Shown: positions 44,999-64,000 of the stretch, one piece after another
How positions within the stretch are numbered: position 1 is the stretch's first letter
Layout of the letters: each line of letters opens with the position of its first letter
From: the human T2T-CHM13v2.0 reference genome, Homo sapiens
Direction: 5' to 3' (one strand)
DNA length: 64,000 nucleotides
NCBI RefSeq assembly: GCF_009914755.1
Contig: NC_060945.1
Position numbers and translations under genes: made by a program
The notes under the pieces: generated by a model
Databases searched by the model: none
Told to the model about the DNA's origin: nothing
Seen by the model: the letters and a program-made list of their open reading frames with translations, nothing else

Positions 44999-45504
44999 CT
45001 CCCCTTCAACGTGCTGAAGGTGCTGGACATGACTATCACATGTCTTTGGTTGTAAACTGCTGTGATAGTTACCCTAAGTAATGGGACAGGAGATGAACCC
45101 ACCCATTAAATAACACAGCAATTAAGCAGCCACTTTTAGAAAAATTTAAATGTGTGGCTTCGAGTTGGGTACTTGCATGTACAGCTTACTCTCAGCTTTT
45201 ATCCTGTTTCCCTGTCCTGTCGTCCTGTTAAGTTGTGCTACTTCTAAGGCTCTGGTTCACCAGGACCTCAAAGGGCAGCTCTTCCAAATCTCACCTGACT
45301 CTACTCAGCCAAAATTCGAAGGCAGGAATGAACTTCTTCATGCAACTACCACCACACTTTCTATGCGTATTCCTCTTAGAACTCATACCAGTAACTGTCT
45401 CTCATATGAAAATTTTCTGCTCCAAAATCCCTGCAAATTTGGCATTCACCTCTCTACGGGATTGTTGCACACCTTTCTACATAATGCTTTGTGGTGTATC
45501 TTAG

Positions 45505-45941
45505 GGAGAGTGGTGAACGTATCTAGCATCATGAGCGTCAGAGCCCTTAAAAGCTGCAGCCCAGAGCTGCAGCAGAAGTTCCGCAGTGAGACCATCACTG
45601 AGGAGGAGCTGGTGGGGCTCATGAACAAGTTTGTGGAGGATACAAAGAAGGGAGTGCACCAGAAGGAGGGCTGGCCCAGCAGCGCATACGGGGTGACGAA
45701 GATTGGCGTCACCGTTCTGTCCAGGATCCACGCCAGGAAACTGAGTGAGCAGAGGAAAGGGGACAAGATCCTCCTGAATGCCTGCTGCCCAGGGTGGGTG
45801 AGAACTGACATGGCGGGACCCAAGGCCACCAAGAGCCCAGAAGAAGGTGCAGAGACCCCTGTGTACTTGGCCCTTTTGCCCCCAGATGCTGAGGGTCCCC
45901 ATGGACAATTTGTTTCAGAGAAGAGAGTTGAACAGTGGTGA
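45505..45941 (+). CDS. CBR1: CBR1 exon 3 coding (GRVVNVSS...YGVTK...EKRVEQW*)
   Basis: 437 nt; TTAG acceptor; catalytic Ser and YxxxK; total 834 nt = 277 aa + stop. Confidence 0.98.
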
Positions 45942-46201
45942 GCTGGGCTCACAGCTCCATCCATGGGCCCCATTTTGTACCTTGTCCTGAGTTGGTCCAA
46001 AGGGCATTTACAATGTCATAAATATCCTTATATAAGAAAAAAAATGATCTCTTATCAATTAGCACTCACTAATGTACTACTAATTGAGCAACCTACGCAC
46101 TCAGTTGACTACGTAAATCTGTCAGGTCTTTTGTGATTTCCTCTGATGCAGGAGAGGAAAAATTGTAATTGATGAAAATAATGAATGAAAATCAACAGAT
46201 G

Positions 46202-46207
46202 AATAAA
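46202..46207 (+). terminator. CBR1: CBR1 poly(A) signal AATAAA
   Basis: About 260 nt after the stop codon, followed by GT/T-rich sequence. Confidence 0.85.
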
Positions 46208-46932
46208 TGGTTCTTTATAAGTGTCCATTTGTACAGATTGTTTAGATGCTAAATAAGCTTTGTCTCAAGTACAATCAACCTAAAAGGTCAAGGGAAGGGA
46301 CAGTACAACTTGGGGGTGAGCAAACCCAGAAAGTAAAGAAAGAGCCAGTTAGTCAATATTTTCAATGTTGTAGGTCAAACAATGCATTGGAACTCCCCAA
46401 ATCCACATTATGTAACAAAAGCTGACAGCATGTAAGCCTGTGAGCATAGCTGGCTCTGGCCCTTCCCAGCCTCTAGGAAAACAAATAGTACCACAACGGC
46501 AAAGGCAGCTGACCTGGTCTCTTTAAAAAAGCCAAAGTCATTGGGGAAAAACAACCAGTTGCTATGTGTGAAACGTGAGTGTGCACTTGTGTGAAACACC
46601 GAGCTGATGAGGGACCTATCAGATCTCCATAGGAATGTGTTATTTATGTAGGGATGAAGTGTCATGAGGTGTACAACATATGCCCCAGGTGTACAACATG
46701 TGTTTCAGCAAAGTATACAAAGACTGATGAACAGGTAAGGCAAAAAAAAAACAACTTTTCTGTTTGTTGAAAGCTTTCAAAACCTGGGGGTTGGCAGTGG
46801 AAACTTCTGGCTCTGCCCACTGAATTCCTGACCTCAGGCAGAATACTGTATCTGGCTTTGTCTCTGTTTCCTCAACTGTCAAATTGGGATGACAGTCATA
46901 GGATTATATGTATTGAGATAAAGTGTTGAGAA

Positions 46933-47102
46933 CAAATTAGCTGGGTGTGATGGTGGGCGCCTGTAATCCCAGCTACTCAGGAGGCTGAGGCAGGAGAATC
47001 GCTTGAACCCAGGGGGTGGAGGTTGCAGTGAGCCAAGATTGCACTACTGCACTCCAGCCTGGGCGACAGAGTGAGACTTCATCTCAAAAAAAAAAAAAAA
47101 AA
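46933..47102 (+). mobile_element. Alu right monomer
   Basis: TSD AGTGTTGAGAACA. Confidence 0.9.
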
Positions 47103-47384
47103 TAGTGTTGAGAACAGCCCCTGCTGTCATTAGTTCCTGTAAATGGGCCTGACGCTGTCCCTGCTGGTAATGAGAAGTGTGTGTTTACTGTCTAACACCC
47201 AGTAAATGCCCAGGCCATTCTGTTTCTTCCACAGAATCACAGTGTTGTGATCTCTCACACTTCACCAGTGAGAATTAAGGCTTACAGAAACAAAAAGCGA
47301 TCACCCGTGAAAAGAAGGAGAGGCCCCTTATTTTATTTTTATCTATTTATTTTTTAATTCTCCAAACTGCTTCGGAAGAGTCCC

Positions 47385-47685
47385 TTATTTTATTTATTTA
47401 TTTATTTATTTGTTTGTTTGTTTGTTTGTTTATTGAGACAGAGTCTCAATCTTGGTTCAGTGCAACCTCTGCCTCCTGGGTTCAAGTGATTCTCCTGCCT
47501 CAGCCTCCTGAGTAGCTGGGATTACAGGCGCCCGCCACCATGCATGGCTAACTTTTGTATTTTTAGTAGAGACAGGGTTTCGCCATGTTGGCCAAGCTGA
47601 TCTCGAACTTCTGGCCTCAAGTGATCCACCCGCCTCGGCCTCCCAAAGTACTGGGATTACAGACATGAGCCACTGCACCCAGCCT
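47385..47685 (-). mobile_element. AluS
   Basis: Alu consensus with (TTTA)/(TTTG) tail. Confidence 0.88.
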
Positions 47686-48929
47686 AGTCCCTTAGGTTAA
47701 AAGTGAGGTTTACTTTGACAAGTTTCACCTTTCAGTAGGGCTGTTCATTTCTTCCTAGTTTTTGTACACAGACACCAGAAAACAATCACGTCTGCAGCAA
47801 AACTGGTATTCTCAAGTGCTAGTTTAGAAATTTGTACCTGTATTGCAAAGATATTTTTCCCTTAATACCTTAAAAATAACACCTAACTTCTTTAAGAGAT
47901 TTAGAGAAAGCATTGTTCCAAATTCAAGTACCTGCTTACCTCTGAGGGTGAGGGGAGGAGGACATACGTGGTTCCGTCTTTATTGCTAAGGATTTCTTTC
48001 TTATACCAGGTGATAGGTACATGGTGCTAAAATACAATTTTCAGAAAAAGGTAAAATCATGACTGTCATACAGATGTAAAAATAATAGTCAAAAAAATGT
48101 ATTTTACTCATAAGGGAACCAGGGAAATGTTATAACTGGTTCAAAGGAAAAGCTAAAAGGAAAAGCTAACAGATTATATGGAATCAACAAATGTTGAGCT
48201 GAATTGCAAATGACGACAAAACTGGTGTTTTTACAGGGAGGAGGACGTCAATTCAGTCACCACTAGACAGGACAGCACTTGCACCTCTGTTACCTACAAT
48301 TAAGAAAGAGATGCAAAATATCTCAAAGAATGAACAGGGCCATAGTTCAATGCTACGAGTCTTGCCTTGCAAGCACCCTTCACTCTGTTGTGTGAGTCTG
48401 GCAAAACACCCATCCCCATGCTTAATAACCATGCCAGCCTGCTCTAGCAGCTCTTAACAGATGATGTTGCTAGGGAGAAAGGAAACAAGAGGCTGACTGT
48501 ACTCTTTTATGTTCCCACCCCAATCCCAAACAGACAAGCAATTCTCCTAGCCAGTGTTGTCTTTTCCCCTAGTAAATTCACTCTCCTACTCTGTAAGATG
48601 ATTATTCTTTCCGCATATCTCCCAGACTGATCGTGCTGGAGGATGTCCTCAAATCTGTTCCCTAAAAAAGAAATAGATGCCCCTGAGGAGAGTCGTTCAA
48701 CATACCTGCAACCAGACAGCACACCCTGCCCCCCTTTCCGTTACAAGAAGAGGCACACTGCTTCCCAGGCAGCACCCCCACCAGAGTCCTGGTTCGTCCA
48801 TTATTGCCCTCCCAAACATTTTGTTCTTGTAATTATTCCCTTTCTTTCCTTCACCAAATTCACCTCTCAGATTACCATTGCATAAAAACATGCTTTAATA
48901 TCTCTCCCAGCTTTTAAAACTAAGGAGTT

Positions 48930-49960
<1,031 letters not shown>

Positions 49961-51489
49961 ATACTCTTTGGAAAGAAAGAAAGATTGGTTGGGGCATAAA
50001 GGGAACCACACCCAGCAGGTGCCCAGCTATTAACTTGACTTTGATAGAGAAAGTGGACTCGGTGGCAGGGCACAGGCAGTTCAGCCAGATCTGCTTGAGT
50101 AAAGCAGAGTCATGATGAGATGGTGGCTCTCTGCTAATCTCAGAGTCGCTAATCAAACACACTCAGATCAAACACGTGGGTTACAGTGAAGAAGACGAAT
50201 GAAGGAATCCAATTGCCCGTCTATACCTTGACACACCTTTGACAATTCCTTTGTTTTGTGGGTACACATTTCATGGGGAGATGCCATATATTTTACATAT
50301 TAACTGTGACTTTGGATAAAACAAAAATGCAGACACTTTTAGCAAACGGGTTATGTAACAATTAGATAAAACATTCTAATAAATGGCTTACGGCATAGTA
50401 GGAGCTTCATAAACATTCTCTCTCATTTGAGGGCATACTAGGAACCACACAGAGATTGCCTGCCCATGCCTGGAAGTCTAATTACAGGACATCTTTTTTC
50501 TCTAATTCTTAAGTTTCAGTTTCTCTTAAGAAAGGGGATGTATGTCCTGAGAAGCACTTAGTGTGTAAATAATTTCATTGCATCTTAAGATAAAGCAAAC
50601 ATCTGCATTTTGCAGTGGGTGATGGGTGCACATCCAAGAAAATTACTTGGCACATGTTTTCCTCCCTTTGGGATTCTCCCAAAATAGTTTTAATTCAACT
50701 GTCACCTGTCTCAGGCCCCCTACTGACCCATCACCATCCAGTTTTGCTTTCAGAGAGCCCGACCTCTTAGCCCTGCAAACCATTGCTTGGCTCTGTTAGG
50801 ATCAAAAGAGGGATGTGTCTTGGCATGACCCAATACACAGCTCATGGAAAGGGTAGACCCAGGAGTGGGGGCATTAGGAAACTTTCTGGAACATTCAGCC
50901 CCTCGAGTTGCAGCACTGGAATGCAGAACTTAGCTCTGCTGTACAGCCCAGAGCAACCATGCCGGCCTGCAGCCATAAGGCACCTTCAGGCTGCAACAAT
51001 TCCGAGAATTGACGTCTCTGTACACGCAGGTCCCAATACCACTTATAATGTGTACGAGGTGTTAGTCTCAGATAAACAGGACTGGGCACTTTGGCTGCAA
51101 ACAAAGCAGCATCTGGTGGGACACACGGAGGCACAAGGAGGTACAAGAGGAGTTGTTCATGACACGGGGTCAGAATCCATGCCTTCCATTAGCTGGGCTA
51201 CTTACTCGGATCTCCATAATCCCAATATAGGTGAGAAGGTGTCTATACCCTGTGAAGTATAATTTTGGCAGAACAAGGTACATTTCTTAGGATATGGACT
51301 ATCCCAGGAAGTCCATCCCTCACAAGGATTTACCATTCGGAACTGCCCAGTCCTGACACTAAAAGACAACACAGGAGATTTAGGGTCACACTAGCTATTG
51401 CAGAAAGTCAGTCCCTAACTTTTCTGTAATCACCACAATTCTATAACTTTCAGTCATCTATGCCAGAATTCCCATTTTTGGGAACAGTA

Positions 51490-52203
51490 ATAGATTGAAG
51501 GCTGGCTGCCAAGAAGATATGTCCATGTGTCAGAATCTATGAATATTTTCTTTGGAAGAAAGATTTTTGCAAATGTAATTAAGGATTTCAAGCTGAGCTC
51601 ATCCTGGATTATCTGGGTGGGCCCTAAATCAATGACAAGTGTCTTTTTACAAAACAGAGAGACAAGGCAGGCATATGAAGACAGGTTGATTAGAGGGATG
51701 TGGCCGTAGCCCCAAGCCAAGGAAAGCCTGCAGCCCACAAAAGCTGGAAGAGTCAAGGAAAGATTTCTCTCTAGAGACTTTGGAGGGAATGCAGCTATAC
51801 TGACAGCTTGATTTCAGAATTCTGGCCTCCAGAACTATGAGAGTAAATCTCCGTTGTAAGTCACCAAGTTTGGGGTTATCTGTTTCATTTTGTTTTGTTT
51901 TTTGAGACGAAGTCTCGCTCTGTTGCCCAGGCTGGAGTGCAGTGATGCGATCTCGGCTCACTGAAACCTCTGCCTCCCGGGTTCAAGCTCAGGAGCAGCT
52001 GGGATTACGGACACATACCACCACACCCTGCTAAGTTTTGTATTTTTGTAAAGACGGGGTTTCACCATGTTGGCCAGGCTGGTCTCAAACTCCAGACCTC
52101 AAGTGATCCACCTGCCTTGGCCTCCCAGAGTGCTGGGATTACAGGCATGAGCCACCACGCCCGCCCGGATCATGTGTTATGGCAGCCCTAGGAAAGTGAA
52201 ACA
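51490..52203 (+). mobile_element. MLT1-type MaLR LTR with an inserted Alu
   Basis: TTTGCAAATGTAATTAAGGAT...CTGGATTATCTGGGTGGGCCCTAAATC...TTCTGGCCTCCAGAACT...GCAGCCCTAGGAAA. Confidence 0.75.
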
Positions 52204-52853
52204 GAAACCCGAACATAAGCAGATATCCTGTGACTGAAATTAACCCTCCAACAACTTCCCACTCTGGCCTTAGCTAACTATGAACCTCTCTGCTCACTCA
52301 TACAGAAGGGCTTCCAATTTTTACCCAGTTCTCTGGAGCCTAGAAGCAAAAAGCTATGACAACCTTTTTCTTGATCCGGCAGCAGACTCATCCACCTTGT
52401 CTCAGAGCAGCAGTGGCAGCAGCAGCCGCGTGCCTGAAGCCCTCTGTCGCCTTACCCCTGGAGCCTCCTTTAACATAGGGCCCTCCGGCTGCACAGTTTT
52501 TGCTGCTCACTGAAAATAGTCAACATTTCTGAGAAAACTGATTCACCTCCCGAGACATTAGAACGAGATCTCAAATGCCTAGAACAACTGACTGCTGTAC
52601 GTGTCTTCACGTTTTTGTTCCTTACATACCTTTGTTTTTAGTTACTTTCGTTCCTTATTTACCTTTGTTTTTTTTTGTTTGTTTTTTTTCCCTTTCTCTG
52701 CTGGTTTAAGGTTCTGGATTGCAAATAGCTACTTGTTATCTCCTAACTATGTCACCCATGTGGGCCCCTGTTCCTAATACTGCCTTTGTACTACCCCTCG
52801 TGACTCCATGGCTTAAACATAATTTAACCAACCATTGGAATTATGTCCACATT

Positions 52854-53250
52854 TGATATGTTTTGGATCTATGTCCCCACCCAAATCTCATGTCAATAAT
52901 CCTCCCAGTGCTGGAGGTGGGTCCTCGTGGGACTGATTGGATCATGGGGGCGGGTTCCCATGAATGGGTTAGCGCCATCCCCCCAGTGTTGTCTCGTGAT
53001 AGAGTTCTCATGAGATCTGGCTGTTTAAAAGTGTGCGGCCTCTCCTCCCTTTCTTTCTTCCTTCTACTCTAGCCATGTAAGTTGTACCTGCTTCCCCTTT
53101 GCCTTCCGCCACGATTGTAAATTTCCTGAGGCCTCCCCAGCCATGCTTCCTGAACAGCCTGTGGAACTGTGAGCCAATTAAACCTCTTTTATTTGTAAGT
53201 TACCCAGTCTCAGAAATTGCTTTACAGCAGGGAGAGAATGGACTGATACA
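52854..53250 (+). mobile_element. MST-type MaLR solo LTR
   Basis: TGATATG.TTTGGATCT.TGTCCCCACCCAAATCTCATG ... GGACTGATACA; flanks ACATT/ACATC. Confidence 0.85.
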
Positions 53251-53751
53251 ACATCCCTTTGAGCATTTCCCAGTTTCCATTAGTACTGATCCCTTGTAGT
53301 GAATCAGTTGGTTGTATAAACGGCAAATACTATAACAAGCCAGATGGCCAAAAACCAAGTACTCTTTATAACGTCATGCAAAAAAGTGGGAATTTTCTGT
53401 CTCCGTTAAAATGAAACTTGGGTATCCTTTCATAGAAATTAGCACTTCAACCAAACTTACTAATAGAGCTTGTAAGCAACCAACTGATATGGGACTAACT
53501 GTACAAGTAAAAGATTCTGCTTTTACACAGATGCTTTAAGGAAGGTTTCTACTTACGCTTAGTCTCCTTGACTATGGAACTATGTGCTGATGTCTGCATT
53601 TCACTGTCTGGTGCTGGAATAGACTTGTATTGACTTGTGTCAAAGCTGTAGGACAATTACACAACATCATGGGGTATTTTGGCAAACAATGGAACTTTGG
53701 GTGGCCTCCAGTGACTGATAGTGGATTTATGCTACAAAAGCTTATTGGCTA

Positions 53752-54240
<489 letters not shown>

Positions 54241-54605
54241 TTAAAACCCTAAATCTTAACCTTTGAGGAACAATTCCGTGCTGCTTTATTCTGTCTTCAG
54301 GCATACCTATTTCACACTTTACAGAAGGCCCAAAAAGTGGCTCAAAAAAACCCTACGTGTCTTGGTTCAGAGACTGACAGAGAACTAGGGAGTGTGATTA
54401 AAGCCAGAGGTCTCCTTGCCTAAGAAATTCACAGGACTGGATTGACAGTGGGTTAAAAAGAGTCATTCTAGACATACTACTGCCTTCTCAAGGCAGAACA
54501 GGCACCTTCTTAGAGAATGTTAAACTTCCATCCTACAGTCTTTTCTATGATCTTTAATATTATAGAGATCTGGGAAATAAAGGCATTAGAAAATTCAGCA
54601 ATTTG

Positions 54606-54950
54606 GGCTGGGTGTGGTGGCTCATGCCTGTAATTCCAGCACTTTGGGAGGCCCTGGTGGGCAATCACCTGAGGTCAGGCGTTCAAGACCAGCCTGTCCA
54701 ATATAGTGGAACCCCATCTCTACTAAAAAAATACAAAAGTTAGGAGATAACACCTGGCTAATTTTGTATTGTTTTTAAGTAGAGATGGTGTAGTGCACGA
54801 CTGCAGCCCCAGCTCCTTGGGAGGCTGAGGCAGGAGAATCGCTTGAACCTGGGAGGTGAAGTTTGCAGTGAGCCTAGATCACACCATTGCACTCCAGCCT
54901 GGGCAACAGATTGAGACTCTGTCTCAAAAAAAAAACAGAAAAAAAAGAAA
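54606..54950 (+). mobile_element. AluS with an internal inverted duplication
   Basis: Alu consensus; TSD AGAAAATTCAG(C/T)AAT. Confidence 0.88.
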
Positions 54951-56079
54951 ATTCAGTAATCTGGTCGATATTCCCACATCCAGTTCTTTGGGCTCTTCAA
55001 ACAGAGCAGATAGTATCTGCTTTCTTGGCTTAAATTGTGCAAATTTGGTTCCTGGCTGAGAAGTAGACTCCAAACAGTTCTTCAGTGTTGCAGTGATCAA
55101 ACATGTACTTCTACAGAATCATAAATGTTGCCACACAGCTGCTATTTTATCAATGATCTTATTGACAAAAACAAGAAGACCTAATATCTACTGAAACTGA
55201 AGTGACTTCCAACCATGAATATTCCATCCAGTGCTGTAAGTCAAAGTTGTTTTCTCTTCCATAGATGTGGTTGAAATATGATTCAAAAATTATGTCTCAG
55301 AAATAGAAAAGTGAAGAAATTATAACTTGTCAAGCAGATTAATTATATAGAGACCACAGACTTAAAATCCAGATAGATTGGTTCAAATTCAAACACCTTG
55401 AGTGTCAGTTTGTTCGGTGGAGTCATGTTTTAGAAAGATAAGCTCATAAACTGTTCAAATACAAACAACGTTAGCACCTCTCCTAGTTTACAAATTCTGA
55501 CCAACCATAATGTAAACCTCAATTATAAACTTCTGCTCTAAGATCACCCTATGACTAACCATCCAAACATAAAACCTCGTAGCTCAAGACCCTGGGGGAG
55601 TCTATTGGGTGGAATTATTCAGCCAGTGGCTCCCTTGCTTAGTAAGTTTCTAATAAAGTTAGCTTCTTTTTTTTTTTTTTTTTTTTTTAATAATCAGGTT
55701 TTTCTGGTGGTCTTACATGAGTCTTTGAAAGCTCATTCTGTAATATTCAGGAAGCAGTAAAGAAGTCTTTTTATACCCTTGAACTTGCTTTCTTTCCTAC
55801 TGTTTATAGCCAATGATTCTGGGATAGAGAATTTAAGAATAGCGATGTTGTTTGTTCAAATTACATATTCCCTTACTTTCCCCAATCTCCAACAAGATCC
55901 TGCCATGCAACCCAAAACTCAGAAGCACAACTGCAGTAAGCCAGTGCCAGTGAAGGAGGTAAGTTGCTTCTCCAAGTAGTGCTAGAGAAAGTGTTGAAAA
56001 CATTGGCCATGTTGAAATTATCCATGCAAAACCATGTTAAGTTGGAGATATGACAATAAGTTAGTATAACATTTGCTGG

Positions 56080-56455
<376 letters not shown>

Positions 56456-56787
56456 CTATGCCATGTGATATCACCTGCTTTCTCACTAGGTGAGGGCTTG
56501 GTGGGGGTGGTCAAGGAAGAACACATCAGGGAGAAGCACCAGAGGTAGCAAGGTCACAGGTGTGGGGCCTGGAAGCGTCATCGCTGCTCACATCATTAGT
56601 GCTGCTGGTGCTGGTCCTCACCCCAACCCCATGTCTGAGCTCAGGAGAACTAGAGCCCCGCCGTCCCTCCTGTGCCTCCACTTCATGCTAGAGGCCTTAA
56701 AGGACTGCAACCACAAGAAACACAAACAGGCCCCTGGCAGGGCTGGTCTTTGGACAATTGTGAAAGACACAAAAGAAGACAGCTTCT

Positions 56788-57261
<474 letters not shown>

Positions 57262-57294
57262 AAGACAGCTTCTGGGACTCTCACAATGCAGTGA

Positions 57295-57558
<264 letters not shown>

Positions 57559-58714
57559 TGACAAAGAAAATTATAGAACTCCTAATCCTCTTTGGCCAAT
57601 ATGAACTGAAGCTTCAGAACAAAGTTCCAGGCCTCCCAAAAAGTCTTGATCCAGCCTGTTGCCATTTTAATCCAAAACGCACTATGGTTATAGCATTGCA
57701 GCTGGGATGGAGTAATTGTATCCTCAGAATCAGGAGCAGTTGTATGCAAGGGCTTCAAACTTACTCAATAGCAGAATTTGTGTAGGTGATTTGAATACTT
57801 AGGGTCACTTGAGATCAGTGCCATCAAGACCAGCTTTTGGGAGATCTCAGTCTCCCAAGCAGTTGTCCCTCACAAGAAACTCCATGCCAAGGGCAGATTG
57901 CTCCCTGTTCAGATGGAAAACATCAAGCACTCACACTCAGAGCTCATCAGCTGCTGGCTTCAGCTTGAGCAAGAAGTCTTCAGTGTCCCAGCAGGTGATA
58001 TCTCACTACCAACTTGCTGTGCACAGATTTGCTGCTGCTCTATCAAGATGCACAGGCCAGGCTGGGTGTTGTGTGGCTCACACCTATAATCCTAGCCCTG
58101 TTGGGAGGCCAAAGCAGAAGGATTGTATGAACCCAGGAGTTCAAGACCAGCCTGGGCAACACAGCAAGACCTCGTCTCTAAAAACAAAGACAAAAACAAA
58201 AAAAAAACTAGCCAGACATGGTAGCATGTACCCATAGTCCCCACCCCCCCCGAAAAAAATGCACAGACCAACTAGAATCCAAGGATAACCATTCTGACAT
58301 TCATGGGTCCCATCTCTAACAGCTACTTCACCACATACCAGAGACACCAAGGGTTCCCTCAGCCCAGGTCTCCATGCCAACCAGGCTCAAGTTTTAAACC
58401 CTAGAAATTAGGTTCTCTAGGGCCAACGAGAGACTAGGGATAAAACCTAGAGCTAAAATCCAGGTCCCAGCTGTGCTGGCCTCTGCCAAGGATTCTTCAG
58501 GCTTCCCTGCTTCTTCATCGTCAGGATCCCTAATCCTACAATCAGTAGCCAGTGCCTTTGTCCACTGCCACGCCCAGCTAATTTTTGTATTTTTAATAGA
58601 TATGGGGTTTCACCATGTTGGCTAGGCTGGTCTCGAACTCCTGACTTCAGACAATCTGTCCCCCTCGGCCTCCCAAAGTGCTGGGATTACAGGCATGAGC
58701 TACCATGCCCAGCC

Positions 58715-60330
<1,616 letters not shown>

Positions 60331-61621
60331 ATAATTCAGTAGTGCTCATTAGCTTATTTTTATATGTAGTAACTTTAAGGTTTTTGTCTTTCTTTGAGTG
60401 AGATTCTCTGCCTCAGATTTGATCCACGGCCATCCTTTCTTAAGTTACTAAGGCACACATTAGGCTTGGCCTCAGCCAGCCCCCTAGTGGTACAGCTCAT
60501 GCCCCCAAGAGTCCCCTACTCTTCTCCTACATCACACGGGGACACTGGAGTTGTTCCCAGGGTGTATCCTTGGTCTGGGTCATTTTCTGTGTTGAGATGA
60601 CATCATGGCCGGCAAACAAAGACAGTGTTATCTGTTGCTCTTTTTATGCAATGCCAAGTACCAGCCTACCCAAGCCTCCATCCTACTGCCAGCCAGCGTG
60701 GAAAGGCCTCATTGGCATTCAGCACCAGGCTTCCAGACACTCAGGCACCCAACAGTTGCCACCATACCTCAGCTGCCTGCCCTTTCACACAGAGGAGGGT
60801 GGGCAAGTGAGAGCTCATGTTTCCCACCAAGGAAGGGATTTATCAGGCAGTGGGAGAGGGAGAAGCTTAAGAGAAGAAGAGACTAGAAGTTTCCCTCTCC
60901 TCCAGTCCCTCATTCGACAATCTCTGCAACCTTCAGAGAATGGCTCCTCTGTTCCTGAATGCTGAATAGTTAGTGGATGACTGGACATTTCTCAGAGAGC
61001 TCGTGGCCCTCTGCTAGCTGCCCTCAGGAGGATCTGGGGCCTGCCAGAGTTAGCTATAAAGGGATGCTGGGTTTTGGAAGGAAGAAGAAACAGCTCTCCT
61101 CCATAAGGAAAGGTCCTAAAACTGCTCAGGGATGGAGAGGCAACCTGGCTGGGCCTGGCCTTCCCCCACACAGGGCACCAGGCATGTGACTGAGATTATC
61201 TTGGACCCTCCAGCCCACCCCAGCCACCAATAAATATCACCAAGAAATTCCAATGAACACCACATGAAGCAAAAGAACTGATCATCTATGTCCTGCCCGA
61301 ATTCCCTGACCCACAGAAGCATAAGAATAGTTGTCATTTTAAGCCAATATATTTTGGGGTAATTTGTTACGTAGTAACAGACAGCTAGAACCCCTGACCA
61401 ATATAACTCTCAATAGGAAATGGGCAAATACCTTAAACAGATAATTCACGATAGAAGAAATATTGACTACTGAGAATATGAAGAAATTATTTCCCAAATT
61501 CATTATTAATAATAAACTGAAACAAACAGACTATGTGTCAACTTGGGAAGTTTGTGTTTTTGTTTTTAATACCTGGTATTTGCAAGACTGTGGTAGAAGT
61601 GCTATTTTCTTGTACTCCTGA

Positions 61622-62273
<652 letters not shown>

Positions 62274-62293
62274 CCTGACTATGAATATGTCTG

Positions 62294-63846
<1,553 letters not shown>

Positions 63847-64000
63847 TGAAATAATGATATTTTAGTTCCACTTTTAACAAGAGTTATACCTTACAGATTA
63901 ACACACACACCCCTCCCAATAAGACTGGTAGACATTTCACCATGAGTATTTGAGGAGAAAGTGGGGATGGACCTGAGAAAGAAGACAGTAAAAGTGTTTC

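Noticed and set aside
45150-45504. N-terminal part of the 263-aa ORF
   Set aside because: Intron 2 sequence that happens to be open in frame with CBR1 exon 3.

Overview
Primate genomic DNA. The encoded proteins match my recollection of the human sequences, so this is most likely the human chr21q22 SETD4-CBR1 locus. SETD4 (SET-domain methyltransferase) lies on the minus strand as 10 coding exons that splice at GT-AG boundaries into 1323 nt (440 aa + stop), from a CpG-island promoter at about 33.4-33.7 kb. CBR1 (carbonyl reductase 1) lies on the plus strand as 3 exons giving 277 aa, from its own CpG island at about 43 kb. A near full-length processed pseudogene of RIMKLB (RIMKLBP1) sits antisense in a SETD4 intron with poly(A) tail and 13-bp TSD. 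There is also a U6 retrocopy with TSD, two minisatellites, and many Alu, L1, LTR and DNA-transposon remnants. These include a nested LTR cluster between the two genes and a heavily decayed class I ERV (pol-env-LTR) downstream of CBR1. I found no clearly new multi-gene system. The most interesting observations are regulatory hypotheses: repeat-encoded AhR, RBPJ and kB motif arrays, an LTR-borne XRE, a possible LTR-to-CBR1 splice route, truncating isoforms, and the nearly open RIMKLB retrocopy. Repeat subfamily names come from recalled consensus sequences and need RepeatMasker/Dfam confirmation; repeat boundaries are approximate.
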